A stretch of 64,000 nucleotides of DNA from Nitrososphaerota archaeon (GTDB lineage Archaea; Thermoproteota; Nitrososphaeria; Conexivisphaerales; UBA164): NCBI GenBank assembly GCA_023381255.1, contig JAMCTX010000002.1, positions 2,477 to 66,476 on the forward strand, written 5' to 3'. The notes below the pieces were generated by a model, which worked only from the letters and a program-made list of their open reading frames with translations, had not been told where the DNA came from and did not search any database. The position numbers and the translations under genes are program-made. Positions 15,414-26,143 of the stretch are shown piece after piece. Position 1 is the stretch's first letter. The number at the start of each line of letters is the position of its first letter.

Positions 15414-17435
15414 ATGAATAAAAAATACCTTCAATTAAGTTCCTTGGCTTTTATAATACTTATATCTGTTTCAGGTCCTGTTTCATTTGCTTTTGCGCAG
15501 CCAAATTCCACTACTCCCATTAAGCATGTGATATACATTATGAAGGAAAACCAGTCGTTCGACGATTACTTTGGCGTTTATCCATACGGCCCCAATAATA
15601 TGCTGGTTAACAATTCAATTGTAAAGGAACTTTCAGTCCCCTATGGGATCCAAAATGACACATCAAGCATAAAGGTCCCAAATTACCCTGGACTCGGATG
15701 GCTTTTGGGTTATTCACACTTATCTTACCTAAATTCGTCAACTCAGGTTGATCCGGGCGAAGGCTGGGTTGATTACCACGGCGACTGGGACTGGGGAAGA
15801 AACAACGGGTTTGCTGCATACTCTGGTTCCGCAAGCCTTGTATACGTTTCATACCAGCAGATCCCATTTTACTGGGATTATGCAGAGGAGTACGTGCTTG
15901 CAGACAACTACTATACACCTGTGCTGACAGAAACCCTTCCTAACAGGCTGGCTTCATTATCAGGCTATACTCCCGTATCAAACGACTTCGGGCCGCCTCC
16001 ATACGTGAACCTTAACCAGACAATATTTTACCAGTTAAATCAAAAAGGGGTAAGCTGGGGGTATTTTGAGCTTTTCAGCTCCGCAACCAATCCGCCTTCA
16101 AGCGAAATCTATCCATTAAACTCTATTCAGGGATTCACCAACAATCCGGCTTACATGAACAACGTTGAGAATCTTTCAGTGTTTCTAGCTGAAGCAAAGA
16201 ACGGCACCCTGCCAGCGGTTTCATTTGTTATGCCTTTTGGCCTTGCGGGTGAGGGAAATGTTCCTGATGTTTCAGAGCATCCACCGGCAAACATTACACT
16301 GGGGCAGGATTGGACGGTGAACTTGATTAATGCCGTAATGCAAGGACCAGACTGGAACAGCTCTGCTATATTTATAACGTGGGATGAATGGGGCGGCTTT
16401 TACGACAGCGTACCGCCTCCACAGATGAATGCGTTTGGTTACGGGGGAAGGGTGCCACTTTTAATAATATCGCCATATGCGAAAGAGAATTATGTCGATA
16501 GCACAGTGCTAAATCATGACAGCATACTGAAGTTTATAGATTATAACTGGAACATCCCATATCTCAGTTCTTGGGTTGCGCAATCCGGGAGCGTGCTAAG
16601 CGCGTTTGACTTTAACCAAAATCCAAGGCCGCCTATAATTCTTGGGCCGACTACCACCGTAGCGGGCACAAATGGCAACAGCGGTGGTTATATACAATTT
16701 GAAAACGGCAGCAAATTGTCATTAACTGCTGAGCTAACTTCCGAGCAATACCCAATACCGCTGCAGATCCCATTGAGCTCTTTAAATTACACATCACCTC
16801 CGTTCAAGATGCCTGTATCAACATATGCTTTCAGCGTTCCACCAACATGGCTGTCATCTGCTCAGTTGTTCCTGATATTATTCTCCCTCATAGCGCTGAT
16901 TGTGGCTTTGGTGATCAACAGGTTCAGCAACAGGCTGGGCCTGAGGCAGGTGCTGCTTATAATCAGCGTATTGTTCGGGTTGATTACTTCCGTACTAGGC
17001 ATGATATGGACAGCCATACCTGCACCGCCAGTGCCTCCCACAGAACCAACTTATTCATTTATAACCGATCTGGGTTTCATCATGATAGCCCTTGGAATAA
17101 TAATTTTTGCATTTCCATACATAAGGAAGTACCTGCCCAAGGCTGAAAGCAACCCAATTCCAGACAACATTAAAATGGTGGCAAAGCTTGTAATTATAGG
17201 AGGAGCAGCTGCAGTAATAGCAAGCATAATGGCCACTCCGGGGATAATATTTCCAGTGAGCACGCTTACGCCGAGCCCCCTGAATCCACCTCAGACAGTG
17301 CTGCAGATGTTGCTTGCCACTTTAAGCCCTCTTACAGGAATTGGCGTTTTAATAACAGCAGCATCGCTGAGCGCGCTTTTAATACATACCATGAATATGC
17401 ACAGAAAAGAAATGAAATTAAATCTAACCAATTAA
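15414..17435 (+). CDS. Membrane-anchored phosphoesterase (phospholipase C/acid phosphatase family)
   Basis: Signal peptide; 'IKHVIYIMKENQSFDDYFG', 'TWDEWGGFYD', 'GGRVPLLIISPY'; several C-terminal TM helices. Confidence 0.88.
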   Translation: MNKKYLQLSSLAFIILISVSGPVSFAFAQPNSTTPIKHVIYIMKENQSFDDYFGVYPYGPNNMLVNNSIVKELSVPYGIQNDTSSIKVPNYPGLGWLLGYSHLSYLNSSTQVDPGEGWVDYHGDWDWGRNNGFAAYSGSASLVYVSYQQIPFYWDYAEEYVLADNYYTPVLTETLPNRLASLSGYTPVSNDFGPPPYVNLNQTIFYQLNQKGVSWGYFELFSSATNPPSSEIYPLNSIQGFTNNPAYMNNVENLSVFLAEAKNGTLPAVSFVMPFGLAGEGNVPDVSEHPPANITLGQDWTVNLINAVMQGPDWNSSAIFITWDEWGGFYDSVPPPQMNAFGYGGRVPLLIISPYAKENYVDSTVLNHDSILKFIDYNWNIPYLSSWVAQSGSVLSAFDFNQNPRPPIILGPTTTVAGTNGNSGGYIQFENGSKLSLTAELTSEQYPIPLQIPLSSLNYTSPPFKMPVSTYAFSVPPTWLSSAQLFLILFSLIALIVALVINRFSNRLGLRQVLLIISVLFGLITSVLGMIWTAIPAPPVPPTEPTYSFITDLGFIMIALGIIIFAFPYIRKYLPKAESNPIPDNIKMVAKLVIIGGAAAVIASIMATPGIIFPVSTLTPSPLNPPQTVLQMLLATLSPLTGIGVLITAASLSALLIHTMNMHRKEMKLNLTN

Positions 17436-18263
17436 TTTTTTTAAATAATTTATTTTTTCTTCAGGTGTATAATTTGATGTAAAATACGGGTATATAACTG
17501 GCACGTCTACCCCATTACTGACAAAAAAGTTTAAGGCATAATTGACCTCAGAAGCGGAGGGATTTACCAGCAGTACCCCCTTTTCCTGCAGCATCTTCAT
17601 GTCTTTCCCTGTAATTTCCCTTGGCAAACCCGTAAGTATTTTTTCCTTCTCAAAAAGCGACGCGTACTGCGGCAGGTTGCTGTACTTGATAAATTCTTCC
17701 TTCGCCAAATTTTCAGCCCTTTCCCTTGACCAGGATACAAAAATTTTGAGGTAGGAAAACACGATTTTTCCACCCCCACTTTTGAATGTCCTGGCCATTC
17801 TGTTTGCATGGCTAAACGTGCTGAAGTTCAGAATTATGCCGTCAGCGGTTCCAGCAACCATTCTTGCGATTTTTTCTCTCAATGCCGCTGCATATATTTC
17901 GAGTCCAGCATTGGTAGAACGTATCGAGTTTATCACGTTAACAAATCGCTTTATTGCTGCAGACGGTGCATCGGCTACAGTACCGGTTCCAACACCAAGG
18001 AAAAAGCGATTGTCAGTCAGGCTCTGAACAGTTTTAACCTGTTTGGTAAGATAGGAAAGGTCATGTTCAAACACTCTTATAACCCCGCTTCCGGCACGGC
18101 AGTCATCTCTTTTTGAAAGTATTGAAAGTGAAAGCGCTATCGGGTCAACTTCATTGGAAACATCCGGTATTAAAAAATACGAAAATGACCGCAATTCTGC
18201 TGACAGTTCAACCGATTCCTTGGGTGTAAATATATTTGACCGTAAAGCCAGTCCCAAATTCAC
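17424..18263 (-). CDS. Luciferase-like (LLM-class) flavin/F420 oxidoreductase
   Basis: 'DPIAL', 'RFFLGVGTG', 'IYAAAL...A..VAGTADGIILN'. Confidence 0.7.
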   Translation of the reverse strand: MNLGLALRSNIFTPKESVELSAELRSFSYFLIPDVSNEVDPIALSLSILSKRDDCRAGSGVIRVFEHDLSYLTKQVKTVQSLTDNRFFLGVGTGTVADAPSAAIKRFVNVINSIRSTNAGLEIYAAALREKIARMVAGTADGIILNFSTFSHANRMARTFKSGGGKIVFSYLKIFVSWSRERAENLAKEEFIKYSNLPQYASLFEKEKILTGLPREITGKDMKMLQEKGVLLVNPSASEVNYALNFFVSNGVDVPVIYPYFTSNYTPEEKINYLKKLIG

Positions 18264-18314
18264 ATCAAAATACTATATGCAGCAAATTTAAACTTATTCT
18301 GCGCTTCCACAGTT

Positions 18315-18944
18315 TCAGCCCTCTATAATTTCCCTTTGTTCCCGTTCCATTTTTACCTTGAGGAACTCGGGCATTCTGCTTTCGTATTGAGCTATTTTTG
18401 CATTATAATCCATTGTCACTTCAATTTCGCTTTTGCCGCTCATCAGCCGTTTTCTGACCGATTCATCCATTTGAAATTCTACTGACTTGCCGCCATAGCT
18501 TACGCGTTTCTTTTCCAGATCTACGGTAACTTCAAGGTTGCCGCTTTTTGCCATTTCCCCAATTTCCCTCAGTGTGTTAATGTCAAGCCTGACCAGTATA
18601 AGGCCATTTTTTACGGCATTTTCATAAAATATATCACCGAAGGACTCTGCAAGCACGACCCTGAAGCCGTAATCGACCAGCGCCCAAACGGCATTTTCCC
18701 TTGACGACCCTATCCCGAAATTTCTAAGCCCTATCAGCACCGTGCCGTCCCTGAATTTGCTGTTGTTAAGCAGAAAGCCGGTGTTTTCATTGCCTTTTTG
18801 ATCATATCTCCACCTGTAAAACAGATACTTGCCCAATCCCTTTTTTTCCAGAAGCTTGAGAAATTCAGCGGGAATCAACTGGTCTGTGTCAACGTTGTCC
18901 ATCAAAAGGGGAACCGCCTTTCCGCTGTACGACTTTAATGTCAT
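18315..18944 (-). CDS. leuD: 3-isopropylmalate dehydratase small subunit
   Basis: 'NVDTDQLIPA', 'NFGIGSSRENA', 'SFGDIFYEN'. Confidence 0.93.
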   Translation of the reverse strand: MTLKSYSGKAVPLLMDNVDTDQLIPAEFLKLLEKKGLGKYLFYRWRYDQKGNENTGFLLNNSKFRDGTVLIGLRNFGIGSSRENAVWALVDYGFRVVLAESFGDIFYENAVKNGLILVRLDINTLREIGEMAKSGNLEVTVDLEKKRVSYGGKSVEFQMDESVRKRLMSGKSEIEVTMDYNAKIAQYESRMPEFLKVKMEREQREIIEG

Positions 18945-18946
18945 TT

Positions 18947-20347
18947 CTAATTCATCTCACTTACATCCACAAAATGACCATATATGGCCGCCGCTGCTGC
19001 CATTGATGGACTTACAAGGTGTGTCCTGCCACCCACTCCCTGGCGGTTTTCAAAGTTTCTGTTGGATGTAGATGCCCCATGCTGTCCCGGGCGCAGCGAG
19101 TCACCGTTCATTGCTATGCACATGCTGCATCCGGCATGCCTCCACTCAAAGCCAGCCTCCATAAATATATCATGAATGCCCATCCTTTCCGCCTGTCTTT
19201 TTACCCACTCTGAGCCAGGAACTGCTATTGCCCTGACGCCTTCCTTGACCTTTTTGCCCCTTAATATTTTTGCCGCCTCAACCAGGTCATTGAGCCTGGC
19301 ATTTGTGCATGATCCAATGAAGACCACGTCAACGTTTATATCTTCAATTTTAGTGCCTGGTTTTAACCCCATATAAGTAAGAGCCTTTTCAACTTCCTCC
19401 CTCTTGTTTTTATCGCTGAATTCTTCCGGGTTTGGCACGTAACCATTTATCTCGCTGGCCATTGACGGGTTTGTGCCCCACGTTACCATTGGTTTTAGTC
19501 CCGATACATCGAATTTTATTTCCTTATCATATTTTGCGCCGGGGTCTGTTTTCAGCTTGTCCCATTCCTGCACTGCCATGTCAAATTCCTCCCCTTTTGG
19601 CGCAAACGGCCTGCCCTTCACATAATCATACACCTTCTGGTCTGGAGCAATTATTGCACTCCGGGCTCCTGCTTCAATTGACATATTGCACAGCGTCATT
19701 CTTCCTTCAACGTCCAGGTTGGCTATTGTTGTTCCATCATATTCAATTATATGCCCCAGCGCGCCACCCGTACCTATTTTGGTGATCAGGTAAAGCGCCA
19801 GGTCTTTTGCTGTTACACCGTTTCTGAGTTCTCCGTCCATGCGAACCCTGAACTGCCTGGGCTTTTTCAGCCACAACGTCTGAGTCACAAAAACATGCTC
19901 AACTTCGCTCGTGCCTATTCCAAATGAAAGTGCTCCCAAGGCTCCGTGAGTGCTTGTGTGACTATCGCCTGCAGCGACTGTTGCCATCGGTATCGTAAGT
20001 CCAAGCTCCGGGCCTATCACATGGATTATCCCCTGATATGGGCTGTAGAAGTCAAGAAGAGGCACGTTAAAGAACCTGCTGTTTTCCCACAGGGCGTCCA
20101 TTTCCTTCTTTGATAGCGGTTCCATCGTGGGCCTTTCCTTAGAATTTGTGGGAACATTGTGGTCCATTACCGCCAGCGTCAGGTCGGGCCTTCTCACACT
20201 GTATCCTCTTGCTTTCATGTCGCTAAACGCGACCGGGGATGTAACTTCATGGGTATAATGCCTGTCAATATATATCAAAGACCTTCCATCCTCATCAGTG
20301 GTTACCTGATGAAAATTCCATATTTTATCAACTATAGTGCTACTCAT
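18947..20347 (-). CDS. leuC: 3-isopropylmalate dehydratase large subunit
   Basis: 'HEVTSP', 'DHNVPT', 'GDSHTSTHGA', 'IGSCTN', 'GCSMC', 'STSNRNFENRQG'. Confidence 0.95.
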   Translation of the reverse strand: MSSTIVDKIWNFHQVTTDEDGRSLIYIDRHYTHEVTSPVAFSDMKARGYSVRRPDLTLAVMDHNVPTNSKERPTMEPLSKKEMDALWENSRFFNVPLLDFYSPYQGIIHVIGPELGLTIPMATVAAGDSHTSTHGALGALSFGIGTSEVEHVFVTQTLWLKKPRQFRVRMDGELRNGVTAKDLALYLITKIGTGGALGHIIEYDGTTIANLDVEGRMTLCNMSIEAGARSAIIAPDQKVYDYVKGRPFAPKGEEFDMAVQEWDKLKTDPGAKYDKEIKFDVSGLKPMVTWGTNPSMASEINGYVPNPEEFSDKNKREEVEKALTYMGLKPGTKIEDINVDVVFIGSCTNARLNDLVEAAKILRGKKVKEGVRAIAVPGSEWVKRQAERMGIHDIFMEAGFEWRHAGCSMCIAMNGDSLRPGQHGASTSNRNFENRQGVGGRTHLVSPSMAAAAAIYGHFVDVSEMN

Positions 20348-20467
20348 CGTAACTGCTGATTTTAAAATAGTATAAAAACTTTGCTAATATTGTAAAAAAA
20401 CGAAAAAACATGTGCGAATTAAGTACATTGATAATTTTGGCTACATTTGCCAGCAGGAGCAAAAACA

Positions 20468-20567
20468 TTTCCGATATGTTATTAAAAATCAAATTTTAGG
20501 AAATATTTGGCATAGATGCAACTTTGTTTCATGCTAATTATTTCCTAAAAGTAATCTTTGAGGAAAA
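20468..20567. promoter_or_regulatory. Conserved upstream element with 28-bp palindrome (copy 1)
   Basis: ATTTCCTAAAAG-taat-CTTTGAGGAAAA at 20540-20567; region aligns with the reverse complement of 50143-50243. Confidence 0.6.
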
Positions 20568-20611
20568 TGGCACTAATAATATTAATATTTGAACAAATCA
20601 ATCAGCAAATT

Positions 20612-21541
20612 ATGGTTTGGCTGTTAATAGCCGTTATCGGCATGGCGTTCTTCTCATACCTTCTAGTAACTGGAATAGAATCCCTTGCTGGGATATTAAA
20701 TTTAAGGGATTATACATTTATGTTAATCGCTTTTCCCGTATTTTCCAGCCTGCCGGACCTGATAATAATTTTGCTGAATTTGGTTTATGGCGGAACACTT
20801 GGGCCTGGGATGGCAATTTCAGCAGCAGTTGGTGAACCGTTTATAGTGGTTGTCATGGGAATCCCTGCGGTTTTAACCCTAAGCTTGGTCAGATACGGCA
20901 GGAGAGGTTTAAGGCTTTTCAATGATTCTAAAGAAAGAATAAACCGGATTCTGTATATCCCAATCATAGTTTCGGTATTTGCGTATATAACCATGATTTT
21001 TTTAGCCAAAATTTATATTGTAATCGCTCTTGTTGCAATCATAATTACAGCATTCTATATCTATGCAAGGAATTTAAAAAAGGAGGTTTCTGAAAGCGTT
21101 AAAAAAATGTCCGTAATGCTTGCCATTATATTTATTATTGCAGGATTTGCCGGGTTGGTCTTGTTTGGAAAATTACTTGTTGAATCTGTGATCGAGGTAT
21201 CATCGATAACCAAAATAAGCCCATTTGCGCAATCGTTTATAGTTTTTCCACTATCAGCAGCGATGCCGGAATTTTTCGCATCATTTTCTTTGATATTAAA
21301 GGGAAAAAGGGAAGCGGCTATAGCTTCGCTGCTAGGTGAAATAGTGATTACTGCAACGTTGTACCCAGCGCTTATTTTTGCATTTGTAAATCCCGTGCTT
21401 TCATTTGCAGTGGTTTTCGGGATGGTTTTGGAAATTATTTCTGCCATAGCTACAATCCTAATAAGCATAAAGACTTCCATGATTTACATTATGCCATTGG
21501 ATTTGGCCGTGATTTTTTTATTTGCAATATTTATTCTGTAA
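20612..21541 (+). CDS. Ca2+/Na+ antiporter (CaCA family)
   Basis: Two alpha-repeats 'SSLPD' and 'AAMPE'; about 10 TM helices. Confidence 0.75.
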   Translation: MVWLLIAVIGMAFFSYLLVTGIESLAGILNLRDYTFMLIAFPVFSSLPDLIIILLNLVYGGTLGPGMAISAAVGEPFIVVVMGIPAVLTLSLVRYGRRGLRLFNDSKERINRILYIPIIVSVFAYITMIFLAKIYIVIALVAIIITAFYIYARNLKKEVSESVKKMSVMLAIIFIIAGFAGLVLFGKLLVESVIEVSSITKISPFAQSFIVFPLSAAMPEFFASFSLILKGKREAAIASLLGEIVITATLYPALIFAFVNPVLSFAVVFGMVLEIISAIATILISIKTSMIYIMPLDLAVIFLFAIFIL

Positions 21542-21590
21542 AGTAGAATACGGCAAAAGTTAAAAATATAGCAGTTAAAAATTAGCATGC

Positions 21591-21665
21591 GCGGTTGTCG
21601 TCTAGCCTGGTTTGGACGTCAGCTTCCCAAGCTGAAGGCCGCGGGTTCAAATCCCGCCAACCGCA
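21591..21665 (+). tRNA. tRNA-Gly(CCC)
   Basis: Cloverleaf; anticodon arm TCAGC-TTCCCAA-GCTGA; GGTTCAAATCC. Confidence 0.95.
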
Positions 21666-21731
21666 ATTCTTTTTAGATATGTTTGATTCAATTTGGTAAG
21701 TATTTTATAAAAAATATTTCGCTAATTAAAT

Positions 21732-22208
21732 TTAAAGGAAACCGGCTGCAACCATGGAGCTAACAGCCAGTAGCATAAATACTAACTCGATTATGGATGT
21801 AATCCTGAATTTTTTGTTAGTATTGGCTAGCTGGTTTATCAGCTTAAAATTCTGAGGTTCGTTTTGCAGCATTTTTAACAATCGGGTAATGCTTCTTGTA
21901 AGCGGTGTCATGCCTGCTAATCCGATTAAATATGCTGTAATACCAAATGTAGCACCAAAAATTATAAACAAAGAAAATTCTTGAAGCGAAAAAACAAGCA
22001 GCACACCGAACAGCACAGTCATAGTCGAAACCACAAGCTCAAACACCTCGATTCTTTTCATTGAGCTTAGCAGCAGCTCACCACGGCTTTGCGGGGAAAG
22101 GCTTGAAATAACAGGCCCTAATACAACGGCAAAAAACAGGGCAGAGCCCAACCAGCATATTGCAAAGAATATATGAAACCATGCAATAACTGCTGCTAAT
22201 GCTGCCAT
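21732..22208 (-). CDS. Four-TM membrane protein (CopD/DUF2269-like)
   Basis: 'WFHIFFAICWLGS'; hydrophobic helices. Confidence 0.6.
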   Translation of the reverse strand: MAALAAVIAWFHIFFAICWLGSALFFAVVLGPVISSLSPQSRGELLLSSMKRIEVFELVVSTMTVLFGVLLVFSLQEFSLFIIFGATFGITAYLIGLAGMTPLTRSITRLLKMLQNEPQNFKLINQLANTNKKFRITSIIELVFMLLAVSSMVAAGFL

Positions 22209-22361
22209 TCCTTATCACCTTGCTTTCTTTTAGCAACGTTATGTTTTATCATAACTTGTTGCAAGCAGCCCCATTTATTTTTGTTAGGTTTACATGCTAT
22301 TGGTAAACCCGGAAATTTTGATAATTAATTTTAAAAGCGCTGGCCTATCATAACAGCAGTA

Positions 22362-23729
22362 ATGATTATACGCAATTATAAACAGCTGATCGGCAATTCT
22401 TATGATGAACGTGTGCTAAATGCAAGAAAAGCGGTTATTGATGCACTTGAAAAGGCGATTATTTCAGTAAAGCCGGATAAACTCATTACGGATTACATGA
22501 CATATAATGGTAATTTTCTTAGAATAAATGGTGATTCGTTTGATCTAAATAAGTTTGACAATGTTTACGTTATTGGAGCAGGCAAGGCTTCCGGTGGAAT
22601 GGCCGAGTTTATTGAAACTATAATTGGGGATAAAATTACTGCCGGCATTATAAACGTCCCAGAGGAGCTCACAAGGCAATATAAAACGCAAAAGATAAAG
22701 TTACATCCAGCCACTCATCCCTTGCCATCGGAAGAAGGAATGGAAGGAACAAAGGAAATGATAAGCATGGTTAAGAACTCTGAAAAAACTTTGGTTTTAT
22801 GCCTGATATCTGGCGGGGGTTCTGCATTGATGCCATTACCAAAAGAGGAAATAACCCTTGAAGAAAAGGTGGAAACCACGGAAGCTCTGCTCAATTCCGG
22901 TGCTGACATTCATGAGCTAAATACTGTAAGAAAGCATTTATCCGAAATAAAGGGTGGCCAGCTTGCAGAAAAACTTTATCCGTCTACCGTAATTGGTTTA
23001 ATAATATCTGATGTAATGGGAGACGATCTGGACACCATAGCCTCTGGCCCGCTTACCCCTGATAAAACCACATATGCAGAAGCCTACAGGATCATTGAAA
23101 AATATAACCTGGTTCATAAATTATCACCGGGTGTTATATCGCTGATAAAGAATGGCGTTGCGGGTAAAATAAGCGAAACGCCAAAGCCAGGCAATAGAAT
23201 ATTTGACAGAATTCACCAATATATAATAGGAAATAATAAAACTGCGATTGAAGCTGCAAAGAATTACCTGGAGTCCAGAGGCATAAAACTGCATTTGGAA
23301 GCTGAACTTTCTGGTGATGCGCGTTTAACCGGCTTAAGTCTGGGCGAAAAAGCAAATTTAATGGCCGGGCTGACAGAAAAGGACGGCCTTCCAAGATATA
23401 TCATAGCTGGCGGTGAAACCACCGTTAAAGTAACCGGAAACGGGAAGGGCGGTAGAAACCAGCATGCGTCAGCAGCCGCAAGCCTTGGGCTAAAAAGAAA
23501 AGGGGTTGCGCTTGCGTTCATGGGAACAGACGGAATAGATGGCCCTACCGATGCAGCTGGGGCAGTAGTTGACAAGTCAACCGTTTTAAGGGCCGGGGGC
23601 AAAGCCGTGGTGTTAAAATACTTGGGTGACGATAACACATACACGCTTTTTAAAGGGCTCAATGACTTGGTAATAACAGGCTACACGGGCACAAACGTCA
23701 ATGATATTTTTGTAGCAGTATCCTTTTAA
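22362..23729 (+). CDS. Glycerate 2-kinase (MOFRL family)
   Basis: 'GAGKAS', 'HPLP', 'LISGGGSAL', 'GGETTV', 'GGRNQ', 'TDGIDG', 'TGTNVND'. Confidence 0.92.
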   Translation: MIIRNYKQLIGNSYDERVLNARKAVIDALEKAIISVKPDKLITDYMTYNGNFLRINGDSFDLNKFDNVYVIGAGKASGGMAEFIETIIGDKITAGIINVPEELTRQYKTQKIKLHPATHPLPSEEGMEGTKEMISMVKNSEKTLVLCLISGGGSALMPLPKEEITLEEKVETTEALLNSGADIHELNTVRKHLSEIKGGQLAEKLYPSTVIGLIISDVMGDDLDTIASGPLTPDKTTYAEAYRIIEKYNLVHKLSPGVISLIKNGVAGKISETPKPGNRIFDRIHQYIIGNNKTAIEAAKNYLESRGIKLHLEAELSGDARLTGLSLGEKANLMAGLTEKDGLPRYIIAGGETTVKVTGNGKGGRNQHASAAASLGLKRKGVALAFMGTDGIDGPTDAAGAVVDKSTVLRAGGKAVVLKYLGDDNTYTLFKGLNDLVITGYTGTNVNDIFVAVSF

Positions 23730-23743
23730 GAAACTCAATATTA

Positions 23744-24199
23744 ATGAAGGGTATGAGTCTTGACCAGATGGATTACAAAATAATAGGCGCACTTACGGAA
23801 GATTCGCGCAAGCCCCTGAGAGAACTTGCAAATGAACTGGGAATACCATTCAGCACTCTGTACAGCAAAATCAAGCGGCTTGAAAATATGAAAATAATCA
23901 CAAAATACGTGGCTGTGTGCGATTATAGCAGACTTGGATACGCCTTAACCGCAATAACAGAGATCACTGTTTCCAAGGGGAAACTTGTTGAAATAGAAAA
24001 AAAAGTGGCTGTGATGAACAACGTAATTTCAGTTTACGATGTAACCGGTGAATCAGACATTATGATTGTAACTAAATTTAGAACCCCTGAAGAATTAAGC
24101 GCTTTCACAAAAAAGCTGTTGTCGCTTGAATATGTTGAGAGGACATACACTCACGTAGTATTAAATATAATAAAGGAAGATTTAAAGATGAATATTTAA
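23744..24199 (+). CDS. Lrp/AsnC family transcriptional regulator
   Basis: N-terminal HTH; 'YDVTGESD'. Confidence 0.9.
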   Translation: MKGMSLDQMDYKIIGALTEDSRKPLRELANELGIPFSTLYSKIKRLENMKIITKYVAVCDYSRLGYALTAITEITVSKGKLVEIEKKVAVMNNVISVYDVTGESDIMIVTKFRTPEELSAFTKKLLSLEYVERTYTHVVLNIIKEDLKMNI

Positions 24200-24256
24200 A
24201 CCAAAAATTTTGGTTTATGATAAAATTTATTAAATGCCATTATTTTAAGTAAAAAT

Positions 24257-25459
24257 GTGGAATATCTCAGTATATTTTACATGGCTATAGAGACTCTGCT
24301 TACTGTGTTTGGCCTATACTGGGGTATAATTATTGTGGCGGGATTTTTACATAACACTGGAAACAAAAATGCCGGTTTAGCTGGCAACACAGAAATCCCC
24401 TTTTCTGTGATAATACCTGCTAAAAACGAAGAAAAAACACTGGGAAGGCTGCTGGAAAGGCTAACCAGGGTCAATTATCCTAAGGATAAACTGGAAATAA
24501 TAGTTGTCGAAGATGGGTCAACAGATTCAACCCCTGAAATAGCAGGCTGGTATTCAAGGGAATTTTCCAATGTCAAATACTATCATCTTGAAAAAAACAG
24601 GGGCGGCAAGGCTGCAGCTCTTAATTACGGCGTAAATGCCTCGCATGGTAGCATAATAGCATTTTTTGATGCTGATGCGCTTCCTGAATTGGACTACTTC
24701 AGAAAAGCGGTGAAGGGCTACCTTGAAGGAAAGGAAGTGCAAAATGGCTTTTACAGGTTCATAAATACAAGAGAAAGCTGGCTGCCTACAATATCTTCGC
24801 TTGAAGCGGAAGTAGCCAAGTACATTGCGCGGGGCAGCGAAAGGCTGGGTCTTCCGGTTCCGATTTTCGGGTATAACCTGATAATAAGCAGGCGCGCGCT
24901 TGATGAAGTGGGCTCATTTAAAAAATCGCTTACGGAAGACATAGACCTCTGGGTGAGGCTTGTCAAGGCCAAGATTAAGCCACATTACTTTGACGGCGAA
25001 GTTCTTATTGAATCTCCGTCATCGGTAAAAGATTTTGTCAACCAAAGGATCAGATGGTACAGGGGTTTCCTGGATACTATAACGCTGTACAAGCTTAATT
25101 TCAGCAGCAAGAATGAGCTGCATGTATGGTTGTATCTGACAATGCCATTATTTGCGGCAATATCGTTCACGATGTACCTTGTAGCCCCAACCGCAATAAT
25201 GCTTTCCCATCATCTTTACGGTTTACTTATGCTTGGAGGGGTGACTTCAAACATAGTGGGCATGTCCTTGGGCGCGGCCATTTACCTGTATTACGTTTAC
25301 AGGGATAAGAGTGTCAGTTTTAAAGGCCCATTGTCCGTGGTTTACACTTTTGCACTGCTGTATTCCAGCTTTTTGGCTCTTGTATCAAAAATATTTAAGA
25401 CCAACATCAGCTGGAATGTAACAAAGAAAACCGGGTACATGGATGTCAAAAAATTATAA
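24257..25459 (+). CDS. Processive GT2 glycosyltransferase
   Basis: 'DGSTD', 'GKAAALN', 'DAD', 'TED', 'QRIRW'. Confidence 0.9.
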   Translation: MEYLSIFYMAIETLLTVFGLYWGIIIVAGFLHNTGNKNAGLAGNTEIPFSVIIPAKNEEKTLGRLLERLTRVNYPKDKLEIIVVEDGSTDSTPEIAGWYSREFSNVKYYHLEKNRGGKAAALNYGVNASHGSIIAFFDADALPELDYFRKAVKGYLEGKEVQNGFYRFINTRESWLPTISSLEAEVAKYIARGSERLGLPVPIFGYNLIISRRALDEVGSFKKSLTEDIDLWVRLVKAKIKPHYFDGEVLIESPSSVKDFVNQRIRWYRGFLDTITLYKLNFSSKNELHVWLYLTMPLFAAISFTMYLVAPTAIMLSHHLYGLLMLGGVTSNIVGMSLGAAIYLYYVYRDKSVSFKGPLSVVYTFALLYSSFLALVSKIFKTNISWNVTKKTGYMDVKKL

Positions 25460-25570
25460 AAAGCTCTCCTGTTATTTGATATTGTTAGAAATATAACACA
25501 TTGAACTTTCGAAATATAATTCAAAATGTGTAATTAAGGTTATATACTAGCGTTTTATGGCTATCATAAA

Positions 25571-26143
25571 TTGAACGCCAACGTCGCCATAGCGATTAAT
25601 ACGAAAAGGGCCGGAAGGAAGCCGTATTATTCAAAGGATAGCGGATATATTAGCAGGCTTGTCAGCCTCTACAACAGTGGTGCTAGTGTTTACCAGATAT
25701 CGGAACAATTGGACGTATCTGTTCCCACAGTTTACAGATGGCTAAAGGGCATAGGCCTGTTTAAGGGCAGAGAAAGGGACCTTGAACGGATCATGCTTGA
25801 AGTAGAGCTTAATGGTTTTGCTAAAATAGACAAATTTATCGAAGGAAAGAGGCTGGAAAAGGCCGAACCCGGATTAAGAACAGTCAGGGTCAATTTTGGC
25901 GTAGGAATGGAAGGAAGGAAGTTTTCCAGCACGGCGTTTTTTGGCAGCAGACCGCCCGTAATGTTTTTTGTGGTAAAGGACGAAAACCAGTTTAAATTTC
26001 ACATATCAAAGCTAATGGAGGGGCTGTTTTACGAGCACAACCCTAAGCCCGAACAAAACCTCAAAAAGGCATTTACGCATTTTGTACATTCATTCGGATT
26101 TCCCAGAACAATAAATAACAGCCCATTTGAAAATATCGTTTAA
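25571..26143 (+). CDS. HTH-domain protein
   Basis: 'SVYQISEQLDVSVPTVYRWL'. Confidence 0.6.
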   Translation: MNANVAIAINTKRAGRKPYYSKDSGYISRLVSLYNSGASVYQISEQLDVSVPTVYRWLKGIGLFKGRERDLERIMLEVELNGFAKIDKFIEGKRLEKAEPGLRTVRVNFGVGMEGRKFSSTAFFGSRPPVMFFVVKDENQFKFHISKLMEGLFYEHNPKPEQNLKKAFTHFVHSFGFPRTINNSPFENIV

